Origin: a virus | Taxonomy: Duplodnaviria > Caudoviricetes | Virus record (IMG/VR): IMGVR_UViG_3300031555_003442 | Coordinates: 113,809 to 177,808 of that record | DNA length: 64,000 nucleotides | Reading direction: 5' to 3' (one strand) | In this document: in pieces, positions 36,826 through 45,763 of the stretch | Layout of the letters: every line of letters starts with the position of its first letter | Position numbering within the stretch: the first letter of the stretch is position 1 | Notes under the pieces: model-generated | Told to the model about the DNA's origin: nothing | The model's input: the letters and a program-made list of their open reading frames with translations, nothing else | The model's database searches: none | Translations under genes and position numbers: made by a program

Positions 36826-36854
36826 AAGATAGATAACGGGAGCAAGTATGTCAA
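36826..36854 (-). promoter_or_regulatory. Sigma70-like early promoter
   Basis: TTGACA-N17-TATCTT. Confidence 0.65.
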
Positions 36855-36878
36855 GTAGAAAAAATACTTAGCGAAGCC

Positions 36879-36907
36879 TTGCCAAATCCCATAAATTGTT
36901 TTATATT
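36879..36907 (+). promoter_or_regulatory. Sigma70-like early promoter
   Basis: TTGCCA-N17-TATATT. Confidence 0.7.
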
Positions 36908-36929
36908 TCTAATTATATGAGGAAATTTT

Positions 36930-37043
36930 ATGAATCAGAACCAGATTGAAAACAGCAGTGAACAGAAAGATGACTTTCCTTGGATGGAAGTCACCGTAGC
37001 ATTGGTAATAATCGCCGTCCTTCTCGTTCTTGCGTGGACCTAA
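36930..37043 (+). CDS. 37-aa single-pass membrane protein (below ORF-track cutoff)
   Basis: GAGG RBS; MNQNQ...VTVALVIIAVLLVLAWT. Confidence 0.6.
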   Translation: MNQNQIENSSEQKDDFPWMEVTVALVIIAVLLVLAWT

Positions 37044-37044
37044 T

Positions 37045-37458
37045 ATGAGTACCAAGATAAATACATTCGAACAGCTAGACAAGGCCCTTTCTGATAACGG
37101 CATCGTCCCTATTAAGAAGGGTCAATTCGACGATGAAGACCGTTGTTGCACTGACGTGTCGTATGAATACCATTTGGCGACTGACGGGAGGCAGGAAGTT
37201 CCCTTAATCACGGTGGAATACTGCGTCTCTGGCAAAGGTGATATCTTCATGATATTGAGCGCCGAGATGTTCGACGTAACGCTTGACGAAGACGGTTCCA
37301 TCATTGGACGGGCTGATGAGGGAATGTGCTTGTTGGATGAAATCAACAAGGCCTGTCATCTTCCCCGTTGCATGTCGAAGACTTTCAACGCCTCCTACCA
37401 GAATGACGAGGTAGAGGCAAAACTTGCAGAAATTATCGAAACAAAACTAAAGAGGTAA
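37045..37458 (+). CDS. Hypothetical protein
   Basis: Starts 1 nt after upstream stop. Confidence 0.7.
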   Translation: MSTKINTFEQLDKALSDNGIVPIKKGQFDDEDRCCTDVSYEYHLATDGRQEVPLITVEYCVSGKGDIFMILSAEMFDVTLDEDGSIIGRADEGMCLLDEINKACHLPRCMSKTFNASYQNDEVEAKLAEIIETKLKR

Positions 37459-37461
37459 ACC

Positions 37462-38523
37462 ATGTCATATTCTAACCTTGACATCTTCATGAAGGAATAC
37501 GAGAGCATCGAAGCGAAAAGAACCCTCGTCCCTGGCCTTCCCGTGTGCATCCGTCTTGACGGACGTGCTTTCCACAACGTGACCAAGAATTGCTTGCGTC
37601 CATTCGATGACGAGCTCCGAGAGGTCATGTGCCGTGTAACGACAGCACTCATGGAAGAATGCAATGCTGTAATCGGTTATACCCAGTCCGATGAAATCAC
37701 CCTCGTCCTGAAACCGATGGCCCATATCGGCGATTACTACTTCGGTGGTCGAATCCAGAAGATTTGCAGCATGCTTTCCGCTGTTGCAAGCGTGAAGTTC
37801 AACTACCTCGTGCATGATGTCGAGTTCACCAAGCTTGAACGTCGCATCGGAGGCCGCACTGCTTACTTCGATTGCCGTGCTTGGAACGTGCCGCACATGG
37901 ACTTTGCCGCCCTCGTCCTCAGCTGGCGACAGGCAGACGCAATCAAGAACTCAATCAGCATGGTCGCACAGTCGTTGTATCCCCACAATGAACTTCTCGG
38001 CAAGAACAGCGACGACAAGATGGATATGATTAAGAAGAAAGGATACGCCATGAAGTGGAATGCGAAGTCCTGGTCTGGCGAATGGTTCTTCGACAAGGAA
38101 GCTATGAACATGCAGGGTGTCTTTATCGTCCGCAAGCTCATCACCCGTCAACTCACCATGGAAGAACTTGAAAATCTCCCGCCGATGCACAAGGCAAGAC
38201 AGAACCCCGACATGACGTTCCTCCGTCACGCATATATCCGCTTTGCTGGTGTTATCCTCCGCAATATCACGAACCAGGCTGGATACCTGTTCAATGGCGA
38301 GGTTCCGCATTTCCGCCCGACAGAGGTTCCGACCGAGATTACGGCAACAGACAAGTTCTTTGAAGTTCTCCGCTTCTTGAAGACGGCCTCTCCCGAAAAG
38401 AGGAAGAAGGCAGAAGCTGAGCTCCGTAACGCAGGTATCTGGGATGCGCTCAAACTTGACGACTTCGCCAACCTTTTTGAAGCCAATGAACAAGAAACCA
38501 AGAAGAATGTGGAGGAACAGTAA
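37462..38523 (+). CDS. tRNA(His) guanylyltransferase Thg1-like protein (3'-5' RNA polymerase)
   Basis: IRLDGRAFH, YTQSDEI, FGGRIQK, FDCR, WRQADA.KNS. Confidence 0.92.
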   Translation: MSYSNLDIFMKEYESIEAKRTLVPGLPVCIRLDGRAFHNVTKNCLRPFDDELREVMCRVTTALMEECNAVIGYTQSDEITLVLKPMAHIGDYYFGGRIQKICSMLSAVASVKFNYLVHDVEFTKLERRIGGRTAYFDCRAWNVPHMDFAALVLSWRQADAIKNSISMVAQSLYPHNELLGKNSDDKMDMIKKKGYAMKWNAKSWSGEWFFDKEAMNMQGVFIVRKLITRQLTMEELENLPPMHKARQNPDMTFLRHAYIRFAGVILRNITNQAGYLFNGEVPHFRPTEVPTEITATDKFFEVLRFLKTASPEKRKKAEAELRNAGIWDALKLDDFANLFEANEQETKKNVEEQ

Positions 38524-39056
38524 TGGAAACCGCATACGATTCCGCCCCAGAAACCAACAAGCATCGTGACTTCGTTCGCATGCTGATGTATAGTGTTGCA
38601 AAGGACATCATGAACCAAGCTGATGACCTTCGCATCCTTATGTACACCACTGCAAAGGACATCATGAACAGGGCTGACCATCATGATGACTCCAAGTTGC
38701 TTCCTCCCGAGAAGGAATTGTTTGACGAGTACACGCCGAAGCTCAAAGGCTGTACCTATGGCTCACCAGAGTACAACGAGTTCTTAAAAGGTCTGAAACA
38801 GGCTCTTGAACATCACTATGCAGAAAACAGGCATCACCCCGAACATTTCTCCAACGGAGTGAACGGGATGAACCTTGTCGATATGATTGAGTTGATTTGC
38901 GACTGGTTCGCAGCAACGATGCGACATGATGATGGCGACATCGACAAGTCTCTTGAAATCAACAAGGGACGTTTCCACATGGATGACCAGACGGTTGCAC
39001 TCCTCAAGAATACGGTCGATACATATTTCCGCCAGTTCAAACACGAGGACTACTAG
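38523..39056 (+). CDS. DUF5662-like HD-related protein
   Basis: HDDSKL, HHYAENRHHPEHF, ELICDW. Confidence 0.75.
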   Translation: METAYDSAPETNKHRDFVRMLMYSVAKDIMNQADDLRILMYTTAKDIMNRADHHDDSKLLPPEKELFDEYTPKLKGCTYGSPEYNEFLKGLKQALEHHYAENRHHPEHFSNGVNGMNLVDMIELICDWFAATMRHDDGDIDKSLEINKGRFHMDDQTVALLKNTVDTYFRQFKHEDY

Positions 39057-39464
39057 GTGTTTACGTCATACTTTGCACAGGTGCCTAACATCGAGTATCC
39101 AGTGTCTATCGCCAGGATTAACCCCGAGTGGTACGACAGAGCGTCATACCCGAAGTTGGCCCCGTCAAAGGAACTCCTGTACGATTTCAAGTACGGTTTC
39201 CACAGGGGAGACAAGGACTTCTATACCGACGTGTTTCTGAAATATCTCGACACGCTTGATTTCAAGGAAGTGATGTCGGAGCTTTCGGCGATATACGGCC
39301 CAGATGTCCTCGACCGTCTCACGCTTGTTTGCTACGAGAAGCCAAGCGAATTTTGTCATAGGCATCTCGTTGCAAACTGGCTGACTCAGCATGGAGCCGA
39401 CATCTCTGAACGTAAGTTTAATGAACTGCCAAGCATTATAGACGATGTTCTGGACTTAATGTAG
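39057..39464 (+). CDS. DUF488-family protein
   Basis: TSYFA, LAPSKELL, LVCYEKP.EFCHRHLVA.WL. Confidence 0.8.
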   Translation: MFTSYFAQVPNIEYPVSIARINPEWYDRASYPKLAPSKELLYDFKYGFHRGDKDFYTDVFLKYLDTLDFKEVMSELSAIYGPDVLDRLTLVCYEKPSEFCHRHLVANWLTQHGADISERKFNELPSIIDDVLDLM

Positions 39465-39485
39465 AATAGTTACATAGCAAAGTAG

Positions 39486-39515
39486 AAAACCCACGGTTAA
39501 ATCCGTGGGCTTTTT
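39486..39515. terminator. Bidirectional terminator
   Basis: AAAACCCACGG-TTAAAT-CCGTGGGCTTTTT. Confidence 0.75.
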
Positions 39516-39564
39516 ATTTGGCTATATCAACCAAAAGTTTTGCTACTATGAACAATCGCTGAAA

Positions 39565-40533
39565 TCAGTACCAACCTAAATCCTTTGGACTGACATGCTT
39601 GTCGCCGACCGTCAGTTCAATCGGGCGGTTGTTCCGTTCAACCGTTTCCTTGCACTTGCGTTCGACACCCTTCCACTGTTCCTTCTTGATGGCGGCCCGT
39701 CGTGCTCCTTCTTTGTCGCCATACACTTCGGACAGCTTCGCCTGGGCATTAAGGTAAGCCAGGTTGCCCATCTTTCCTAGTCTGGCACACATTCTGAGCA
39801 GGGAATCTTTCTGTTCAGTAATCTTCTCACCGTACGCAATCACGAGAGATTGTGTATTGACAAGGGTTTCTTCCAGGTACTTGATGTATGCAAGTGACAC
39901 TCTATGATACTGTTTCTCTTCCTCTACGGATGAAGCGATATCATATTCACCACACCTATCTTCACCGTCGAAATGTGCCTTTATCTTGGCAATGGCGGCA
40001 TCGTACGCTTCACGGCTATTGATGTCATATTCATCGGTTTCACCCACTGGCATTACCTTACAATCTCCCTTGGAGATTGCCTCAACAACAGTGGTGATTT
40101 TCTCAATCAATGTATCAAGTTCAAAGTGGCCGGAAAATTTCCAAGTGTCAAACTGTTGTTCTGGATTCTTGGTGTTGTGAGCTTCCCAACACAGATTATA
40201 CTCATCGTTGCACCAGAAAATGTGACCAATGACTTCATCAGCAAGATAAATTACAACTCGGTCTTCCGCCTTGTTCAGTTCAAATTTCAACTTACTCATC
40301 GTGGCTTTCTTCGGTTCGGATATTTCGCCGCATAGGAGGCCTGTAAGATAAAGCCTTAGTGTAGCGTTCAACTGCCTGACGATTGATTCTGGTGAATACC
40401 AGTAGTTGGTATTTACCTGTTTATGGTCTAGCATCTTGACCACTTCCATCCTGGCGGTGTTTCCCTGTACACCGTGTTCGTGAAGACATTTCAGTACATC
40501 CTGAACCGATGTCATGCTGCATGTATTGCTCAT
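39565..40533 (-). CDS. Hypothetical protein
   Basis: GAGG RBS, 322 aa. Confidence 0.7.
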   Translation of the reverse strand: MSNTCSMTSVQDVLKCLHEHGVQGNTARMEVVKMLDHKQVNTNYWYSPESIVRQLNATLRLYLTGLLCGEISEPKKATMSKLKFELNKAEDRVVIYLADEVIGHIFWCNDEYNLCWEAHNTKNPEQQFDTWKFSGHFELDTLIEKITTVVEAISKGDCKVMPVGETDEYDINSREAYDAAIAKIKAHFDGEDRCGEYDIASSVEEEKQYHRVSLAYIKYLEETLVNTQSLVIAYGEKITEQKDSLLRMCARLGKMGNLAYLNAQAKLSEVYGDKEGARRAAIKKEQWKGVERKCKETVERNNRPIELTVGDKHVSPKDLGWY

Positions 40534-40618
40534 AAGATTCCTCTTGAATTATGTTATACCCATTAAATTACATTATTTTGCTTTATCGAACTACTTTTAC
40601 CCAAAATTCTAGTTAAAC

Positions 40619-40843
40619 CTAAAAAATAGTTTTGAAGATGATTAGTTTCATAGGGTCAGAAAGAAAACTATCGTCTTCTTTTTGCGGGTGCTTGGCACGT
40701 TCCTCATATTCTATCCGATGCTTTTCTTTTACGGATGCTCGCTGTTCGGGTGTCATACACAAATAGGCAGCAACGCCACTGCAAATCGCAACGACAATTA
40801 TTATACCAATCAGCATAAGTTGGTCTTTTAGGTCCTTATCCAT
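40619..40843 (-). CDS. Small membrane protein
   Basis: One hydrophobic helix. Confidence 0.65.
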   Translation of the reverse strand: MDKDLKDQLMLIGIIIVVAICSGVAAYLCMTPEQRASVKEKHRIEYEERAKHPQKEDDSFLSDPMKLIIFKTIF

Positions 40844-41541
40844 TTATATGTCCTCAATAATGCTTCAATCCGTTCCTTTACATCCGTCCACTTATCAGAT
40901 ATAGAAAGATAGTTCTTATTTTTCTCCGTAGCCAAATCGTTATGGTGCTGTAATCTTGCCATAGCACCATAGTAATTTTCAGCATACGTGGCTATTTGAC
41001 GGGTTTTCCTCAGGCTGTCCTGTTTCATATTCCGCAATTGGTCATCTTGATACCTTATTACTTGCTTGTATGCCTCGGTATCGTGAAAAAGGGAGTCACG
41101 TTCCGAAATGAGACGGGCATTTTCTTCCTTCAATGCGGAAATCTCGGTATCTTTATTTGTCTTCAGTATATCCATAGCCACCAACTCGCCCTGCTTCTCT
41201 GCCAATGATGCTTCGAGTTGTTCAACTTTGTGTTCCAGATATGCTATATACTTCTCTTGCGACACTGGATGCTCTGTATCATACAGGTCAACAAATTGGT
41301 TGGCACCAAGCCACGGGCTCTCGCTCGTTCCATCCAGTACGATTGCATCTACGGTCTCTTCGTGAGGATGCAGAATATATCCTTCACCATAGGGCTCAAT
41401 CGTACACACGTTTACCCCAAGATGTAGGTCGTCAACGGACAACTTGTTATCCGTCAATGTGAAGGTGTACCTATCGTTATACCCTTCTTCGAACGCTAGC
41501 CGTAAGCTAGATTCAATAGCGTCTAATGACCATTCCATCAC
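40828..41541 (-). CDS. Coiled-coil hypothetical protein
   Basis: Operon packing. Confidence 0.7.
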   Translation of the reverse strand: MMEWSLDAIESSLRLAFEEGYNDRYTFTLTDNKLSVDDLHLGVNVCTIEPYGEGYILHPHEETVDAIVLDGTSESPWLGANQFVDLYDTEHPVSQEKYIAYLEHKVEQLEASLAEKQGELVAMDILKTNKDTEISALKEENARLISERDSLFHDTEAYKQVIRYQDDQLRNMKQDSLRKTRQIATYAENYYGAMARLQHHNDLATEKNKNYLSISDKWTDVKERIEALLRTYKWIRT

Positions 41542-41747
41542 GTTGACTCCACTTTTATCGTTCCGTTGAACCCCATCTCACGGATGTCTTTTTCAAGTTG
41601 ATTTGCAGACATCCAGAAGTTTCTTGTATAGCCACGACCGAGAACATAGGCGTAGAAACGGTCACAGTCTTTTGCAATATGAATTTCGTCATCATACTTT
41701 TGTGCGTTTTCAATCACTTCAATCAGTAGAATCGGTTGCGACATCAT
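41538..41747 (-). CDS. Hypothetical protein
   Basis: GAGG RBS. Confidence 0.65.
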   Translation of the reverse strand: MMSQPILLIEVIENAQKYDDEIHIAKDCDRFYAYVLGRGYTRNFWMSANQLEKDIREMGFNGTIKVEST

Positions 41748-41795
41748 CTTTTAATCCTCTTTGATATCCGTTCGGGGTTGTGGTCGGGATGGTTA

Positions 41796-42401
41796 CTAGG
41801 CAATGTTAACTGTTAGCGATGCCATAGTCTCATTAGAACGAGGGTCAACATAGGCAACAACTGCCGTCTTCGTTCCGTTTAGGTTAGCATCACGCACAAC
41901 CTTGATGACTCCATTTATCATGCCGCACCTATCCTCCGCATCGCTCGGTGCGAACCAGTCCTGACAAGGAAGCGTCTTCAATTCTTCCTCGGTGTCTGTA
42001 CCGATGTAGACAACGTTGCCACAATACTTACACTGCTTTTGAAGCTCGGAGGAAGCGTAGCCCAACTTATACACCACATACAGGGGATGGTTCTCCTTAC
42101 ACACGTAAGGCACAATTTTGTCAAACCTCGCATCAAAATTATCGTCGTCAGGGTCGGGTGTCGTTTTCGGAAAATATCCCCACATTCCGTTCTCTTCGCA
42201 CTGTTCATATCCCAGCTTCTTCAGGATATACTCGCAGCCTGCTGTGAACACATCGGGTACTTCTACCGCCAGATGCTCCATTCCGTCACTGCCTTCCACC
42301 AGACACTCTTCCTCACGGAGAATACGCTGGATTTCCTGGCGGCTCGGAATGAAATTGTCATCAAGTTCATTTGGAAATTGCGGATTTAATGAGTCACTCA
42401 T
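41796..42401 (-). CDS. Hypothetical protein
   Basis: AAGGAG RBS before ATG 42401. Confidence 0.65.
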   Translation of the reverse strand: MSDSLNPQFPNELDDNFIPSRQEIQRILREEECLVEGSDGMEHLAVEVPDVFTAGCEYILKKLGYEQCEENGMWGYFPKTTPDPDDDNFDARFDKIVPYVCKENHPLYVVYKLGYASSELQKQCKYCGNVVYIGTDTEEELKTLPCQDWFAPSDAEDRCGMINGVIKVVRDANLNGTKTAVVAYVDPRSNETMASLTVNIA

Positions 42402-42476
42402 AGTTATCTCCTTGTCAAATTTGTTCATCAACATAAAAATACATTTTTCAGTAGGCTATGTCCACCCAATGTGTTG

Positions 42477-42665
42477 CTAGTTGGAGTTAGCAGACCACCA
42501 GGCATCTTGCATTTCACTCAAATCATCCCGAATTTCTAACAACTGTTCATAATAATACTGATATTTGGCGTCAGCTACATCTTCATTGAGTTCAGCTCGT
42601 TGTTCAATATAACGTGCAAACTCAATCAGCTTATTAGACATTTCTTTAATTTTTTCTTTTGTCAT
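42477..42665 (-). CDS. Hypothetical protein
   Basis: GAGGAG RBS. Confidence 0.65.
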   Translation of the reverse strand: MTKEKIKEMSNKLIEFARYIEQRAELNEDVADAKYQYYYEQLLEIRDDLSEMQDAWWSANSN

Positions 42666-42741
42666 ATCTACTCCTCTGGTGTAGTTTTAGCCATTTTTGG
42701 GCGTTTTATAGGACAGTAACACTTTGGGTGGACGTAGCCTT

Positions 42742-43521
42742 CTATAATATGCCTTGATTTAGTCTATCATTCTCAGCTAACATCTGGGCAACAGCACAAT
42801 GCTTTAATGCCCACTCCCTTTCCTTCTTGGTTATCCGTCGCTTAGGAAGGTAGGACATTGTCGTTTCGTCCAACCCTAATGCTTTCGCCGCATCGCTATA
42901 TAGGTGGTGGTAGGCATAGCGTGAGATGTATATGTACCAGTTTGTCGTGACAGGCAGTTTTGTCATATGCGTGGTATGACCGTTAATCTTGACTACTGTA
43001 CTGGTTACATCATTATCTTTTTTCCCGTCGATGTAAGTTTTGACTCTCTTCTGGGATACAGTGTATTCATAATGCCCGCTCATGTTGCCGCCTTGACCCC
43101 AGTAGTCGATTGCCTTCAAGTCCCCGTTTTGGTGGTAAGTGAACCCGAAAAACTCGTACCAGTCGCCGTCGTATGCTTCACCAAGACGGTTCCACACGTA
43201 CTTAGGACGGTTGCTATCACCATCATACTCTATGATGAACAGCCTATTTCCGTTTATTCCTTTTTTTACTCGGCATCCGCCCTCTGAATCATACAGGTAT
43301 GTGTCGGAATAACGGTCTGGTCTAATCTTATCATGCCATTGCCATTCGTTGACTTTTCTGTGGTAGGCGCTCGTACAGCGTCCAAGTGAATCCTTTTCGA
43401 TGAACAGGTCGCTATATACCGCTCCTAGAATGCCACGCATACCATCACCGTAGTATTCACCGTGATGGTTATGCGAGAAATCAGGCGGATTTAGTTCAGG
43501 AGAGCGGATTTCTTTGCTCAT
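42742..43521 (-). CDS. Hypothetical protein
   Basis: GAGGAG RBS, 259 aa. Confidence 0.7.
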   Translation of the reverse strand: MSKEIRSPELNPPDFSHNHHGEYYGDGMRGILGAVYSDLFIEKDSLGRCTSAYHRKVNEWQWHDKIRPDRYSDTYLYDSEGGCRVKKGINGNRLFIIEYDGDSNRPKYVWNRLGEAYDGDWYEFFGFTYHQNGDLKAIDYWGQGGNMSGHYEYTVSQKRVKTYIDGKKDNDVTSTVVKINGHTTHMTKLPVTTNWYIYISRYAYHHLYSDAAKALGLDETTMSYLPKRRITKKEREWALKHCAVAQMLAENDRLNQGIL

Positions 43522-43530
43522 GGCATCTCC

Positions 43531-43902
43531 TCATCGTTTTGATTGCTTGACTCGATTCAGCAGTGCGGGAAGGCCACCCATGACGGGGATTCCAGTTCCG
43601 CCTAATCCGAGGTAGACGTATTTCATTTTGCCGTCATATTCCTTGCGAATCAGTGCGATGGGATGGATTCCCTGCGGGTTGCAATAGAACACCCTTGCGA
43701 ACTGTACTGAACCGCTCATTACCATCGTGTTCGCAAACTTGATTGCATCGTCGGCCTTCGTAAAGTATAGGGCCTTGTGGCCTTCCATAACGAACTGGGT
43801 CTTTTCTTCCGTCGTTTCCTTTCCGACGAACCCGTTTTTCGTGTTGATGTAGTAGGTTCTCAACTTGTCCAGGTCTGCTGCCTTAATTTCGTTCGGGTTC
43901 AT
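43531..43902 (-). CDS. Hypothetical protein
   Basis: Operon packing. Confidence 0.7.
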   Translation of the reverse strand: MNPNEIKAADLDKLRTYYINTKNGFVGKETTEEKTQFVMEGHKALYFTKADDAIKFANTMVMSGSVQFARVFYCNPQGIHPIALIRKEYDGKMKYVYLGLGGTGIPVMGGLPALLNRVKQSKR

Positions 43903-43903
43903 A

Positions 43904-44173
43904 CTACCCCTCGTAATTCATCATTAGATACTGGATTAGGTCTTCAAATGACCAGTAGAACGTAACATCCTGCGGTTTTGCAGAATAGTCGTGCTTTACG
44001 ACCTCGTAGCTGTCTTCGCTGTGCGGATAGACAAGAATCCACAAGTCATTGTAGAGAAGCACCTTGATATACGCACCGTTTACCGAGTTCGAGTGGTATT
44101 CGAACGTGAAATCCGTCGGGTACAGTTTGTCGAATAGCCGTTTAAGGCTGCAATCGTTACTTTCGTTAGCCAT
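43904..44173 (-). CDS. Hypothetical protein
   Basis: GAGGTG RBS, first after promoter. Confidence 0.7.
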   Translation of the reverse strand: MANESNDCSLKRLFDKLYPTDFTFEYHSNSVNGAYIKVLLYNDLWILVYPHSEDSYEVVKHDYSAKPQDVTFYWSFEDLIQYLMMNYEG

Positions 44174-44194
44174 TTCGCACCTCTTTTTGGTAAA

Positions 44195-44223
44195 AATATA
44201 GCATAAAATCCAATTCCTGTCAA
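44195..44223 (-). promoter_or_regulatory. Sigma70-like early promoter
   Basis: TTGACA-N17-TATATT. Confidence 0.75.
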
Positions 44224-44259
44224 CTCTGGTAAAAATAACGCTTATTTTGCCAAATTCCC

Positions 44260-44299
44260 TTGACGATACTTAGATAAATATGTATATTTCTATCGTCAA
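44260..44299 (+). promoter_or_regulatory. Sigma70-like promoter bracketed by 9-bp inverted repeat
   Basis: TTGACG-N17-TATATT; TTGACGATA / TATCGTCAA. Confidence 0.7.
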
Positions 44300-44325
44300 A
44301 CCAAACAATAAATGGAGGATTCCTC

Positions 44326-44439
44326 ATGAAAAAGAAAATAATTGCCGCACTCATCTACATCGCAACTGCAGTCGTTGTCGTATTAATTGAACGTAAGGCA
44401 AAAAACTTTGTTGTCGAAGTCTGTTCTGAAAAGGATTAA
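44326..44439 (+). CDS. 37-aa membrane peptide (below ORF-track cutoff)
   Basis: GGAGG RBS; MKKKIIAALIYIATAVVVVLIERK. Confidence 0.65.
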   Translation: MKKKIIAALIYIATAVVVVLIERKAKNFVVEVCSEKD

Positions 44440-44459
44440 AATACACGAACTATAATCAA

Positions 44460-45755
44460 CTATGCAAAAGTGTATATAGAATAGCACTTTTTGATATAGT
44501 TCTTGCTGAAGACTGCGTTCTGGACATAGTCCCTAAGCAGGAAGCGGTATTTCAGTCCCGTTTCTTTGATTTTTGAGAATAGTGCTTTCCAGTCATCCAC
44601 CGAACCGAGTGTTTGCTTCCATTGCTCATCTCGAAACTGTACATTGAATCTTGGATAGAACCATCCCTTATAGAATTTCTTGTATGCTCTGCGAGCAATC
44701 TCTATGCTGGCAGCAACCATATCTGGCGTAGTCTCGTTGCCGTATGAGAAGTTGCCCACGATTGACGAATATGCCGGGTTTACCTCGACCAATTCATACT
44801 TATGCAGGTTGGCAAGCATCTTCAGCTTGTTCACAAACAACCGTCGTTCCCATTTGTTGTTGCACAGCTTATTGAGCTTCTTGCCTTTCTTCATGTCCTT
44901 CGGCTTGATTGTCAGGTCCTCGATAGCAACAGTCTTGCACTTCCATACATCCACCAGCTTGCTTATTTCATGCGCTATCGCAAGAGTCTCGTGCCTTAAC
45001 TTGTTCGTAATGTACTTGGAACTGGAATCTGTGCTTGATTTTCCCGAAGAAATCGTCAGTTTGCACAAATCGAATACCTGCTTGTGCAGTACCTTGAAGT
45101 CGTCATTCTTATTGAACTCTATCACGGACACCCCGATATAATTCGGGTTCATGTCTATTCCCAATACACGTCTGGTTTGCAATGCTTTGTACTCGGCATC
45201 GTAGATAAGACTCTCTTCGTATGTAAGCCACACATATTTGTCGGACATCTTGACGGTAACGGTTATCTTGTTATTTTCCGCAAGTTCCTGCACCTTGGAA
45301 AGTTCAGCGGAAATCTTCTTCCTCATCGGAAGGAACTTGATTTCTACGTGCCTTTCTTTATTCGGCTTGTATATAAGCCGTTGATTGTCGAGGTCGAACG
45401 AGAACAATCGGTTTCCCTTGCGTAGTTTCTCGCCCTGGATTCCGATAGGGAACGTACGGCGATACTTGAACGTTGCCTTGTCTATCAAGCCACGCATATA
45501 CTGCCGTAGGTTGTTCTTTCCACCAAACAGGATATGCTTGTTACCATTCAGCTTGTACAGTGCTGCCGCTTCCTTTATAGCGGATTGGATGAACCCGCTG
45601 TTGTGGTCGAATCTTGCATTGCAGTAGGCACGGACTTCCTTCTCTTCCAGTCCGTCTTGGAAACGGTTAAAAGCAACTCGGACGATACTGCTGAACATCC
45701 GCATGTCATTCAGTACATCCACCTCGTTGCATATCGTAAGTTTAACCGTCTTCAT
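44460..45755 (-). CDS. tnpB: TnpB-related RuvC nuclease lacking the zinc finger
   Basis: VLGIDMNP, VAIEDL, VEVNPAYSS, PDMVAASIEIARR; N-terminal FGGK..GE..GNR. Confidence 0.8.
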   Translation of the reverse strand: MKTVKLTICNEVDVLNDMRMFSSIVRVAFNRFQDGLEEKEVRAYCNARFDHNSGFIQSAIKEAAALYKLNGNKHILFGGKNNLRQYMRGLIDKATFKYRRTFPIGIQGEKLRKGNRLFSFDLDNQRLIYKPNKERHVEIKFLPMRKKISAELSKVQELAENNKITVTVKMSDKYVWLTYEESLIYDAEYKALQTRRVLGIDMNPNYIGVSVIEFNKNDDFKVLHKQVFDLCKLTISSGKSSTDSSSKYITNKLRHETLAIAHEISKLVDVWKCKTVAIEDLTIKPKDMKKGKKLNKLCNNKWERRLFVNKLKMLANLHKYELVEVNPAYSSIVGNFSYGNETTPDMVAASIEIARRAYKKFYKGWFYPRFNVQFRDEQWKQTLGSVDDWKALFSKIKETGLKYRFLLRDYVQNAVFSKNYIKKCYSIYTFA

Positions 45756-45763
45756 AATCAAAA

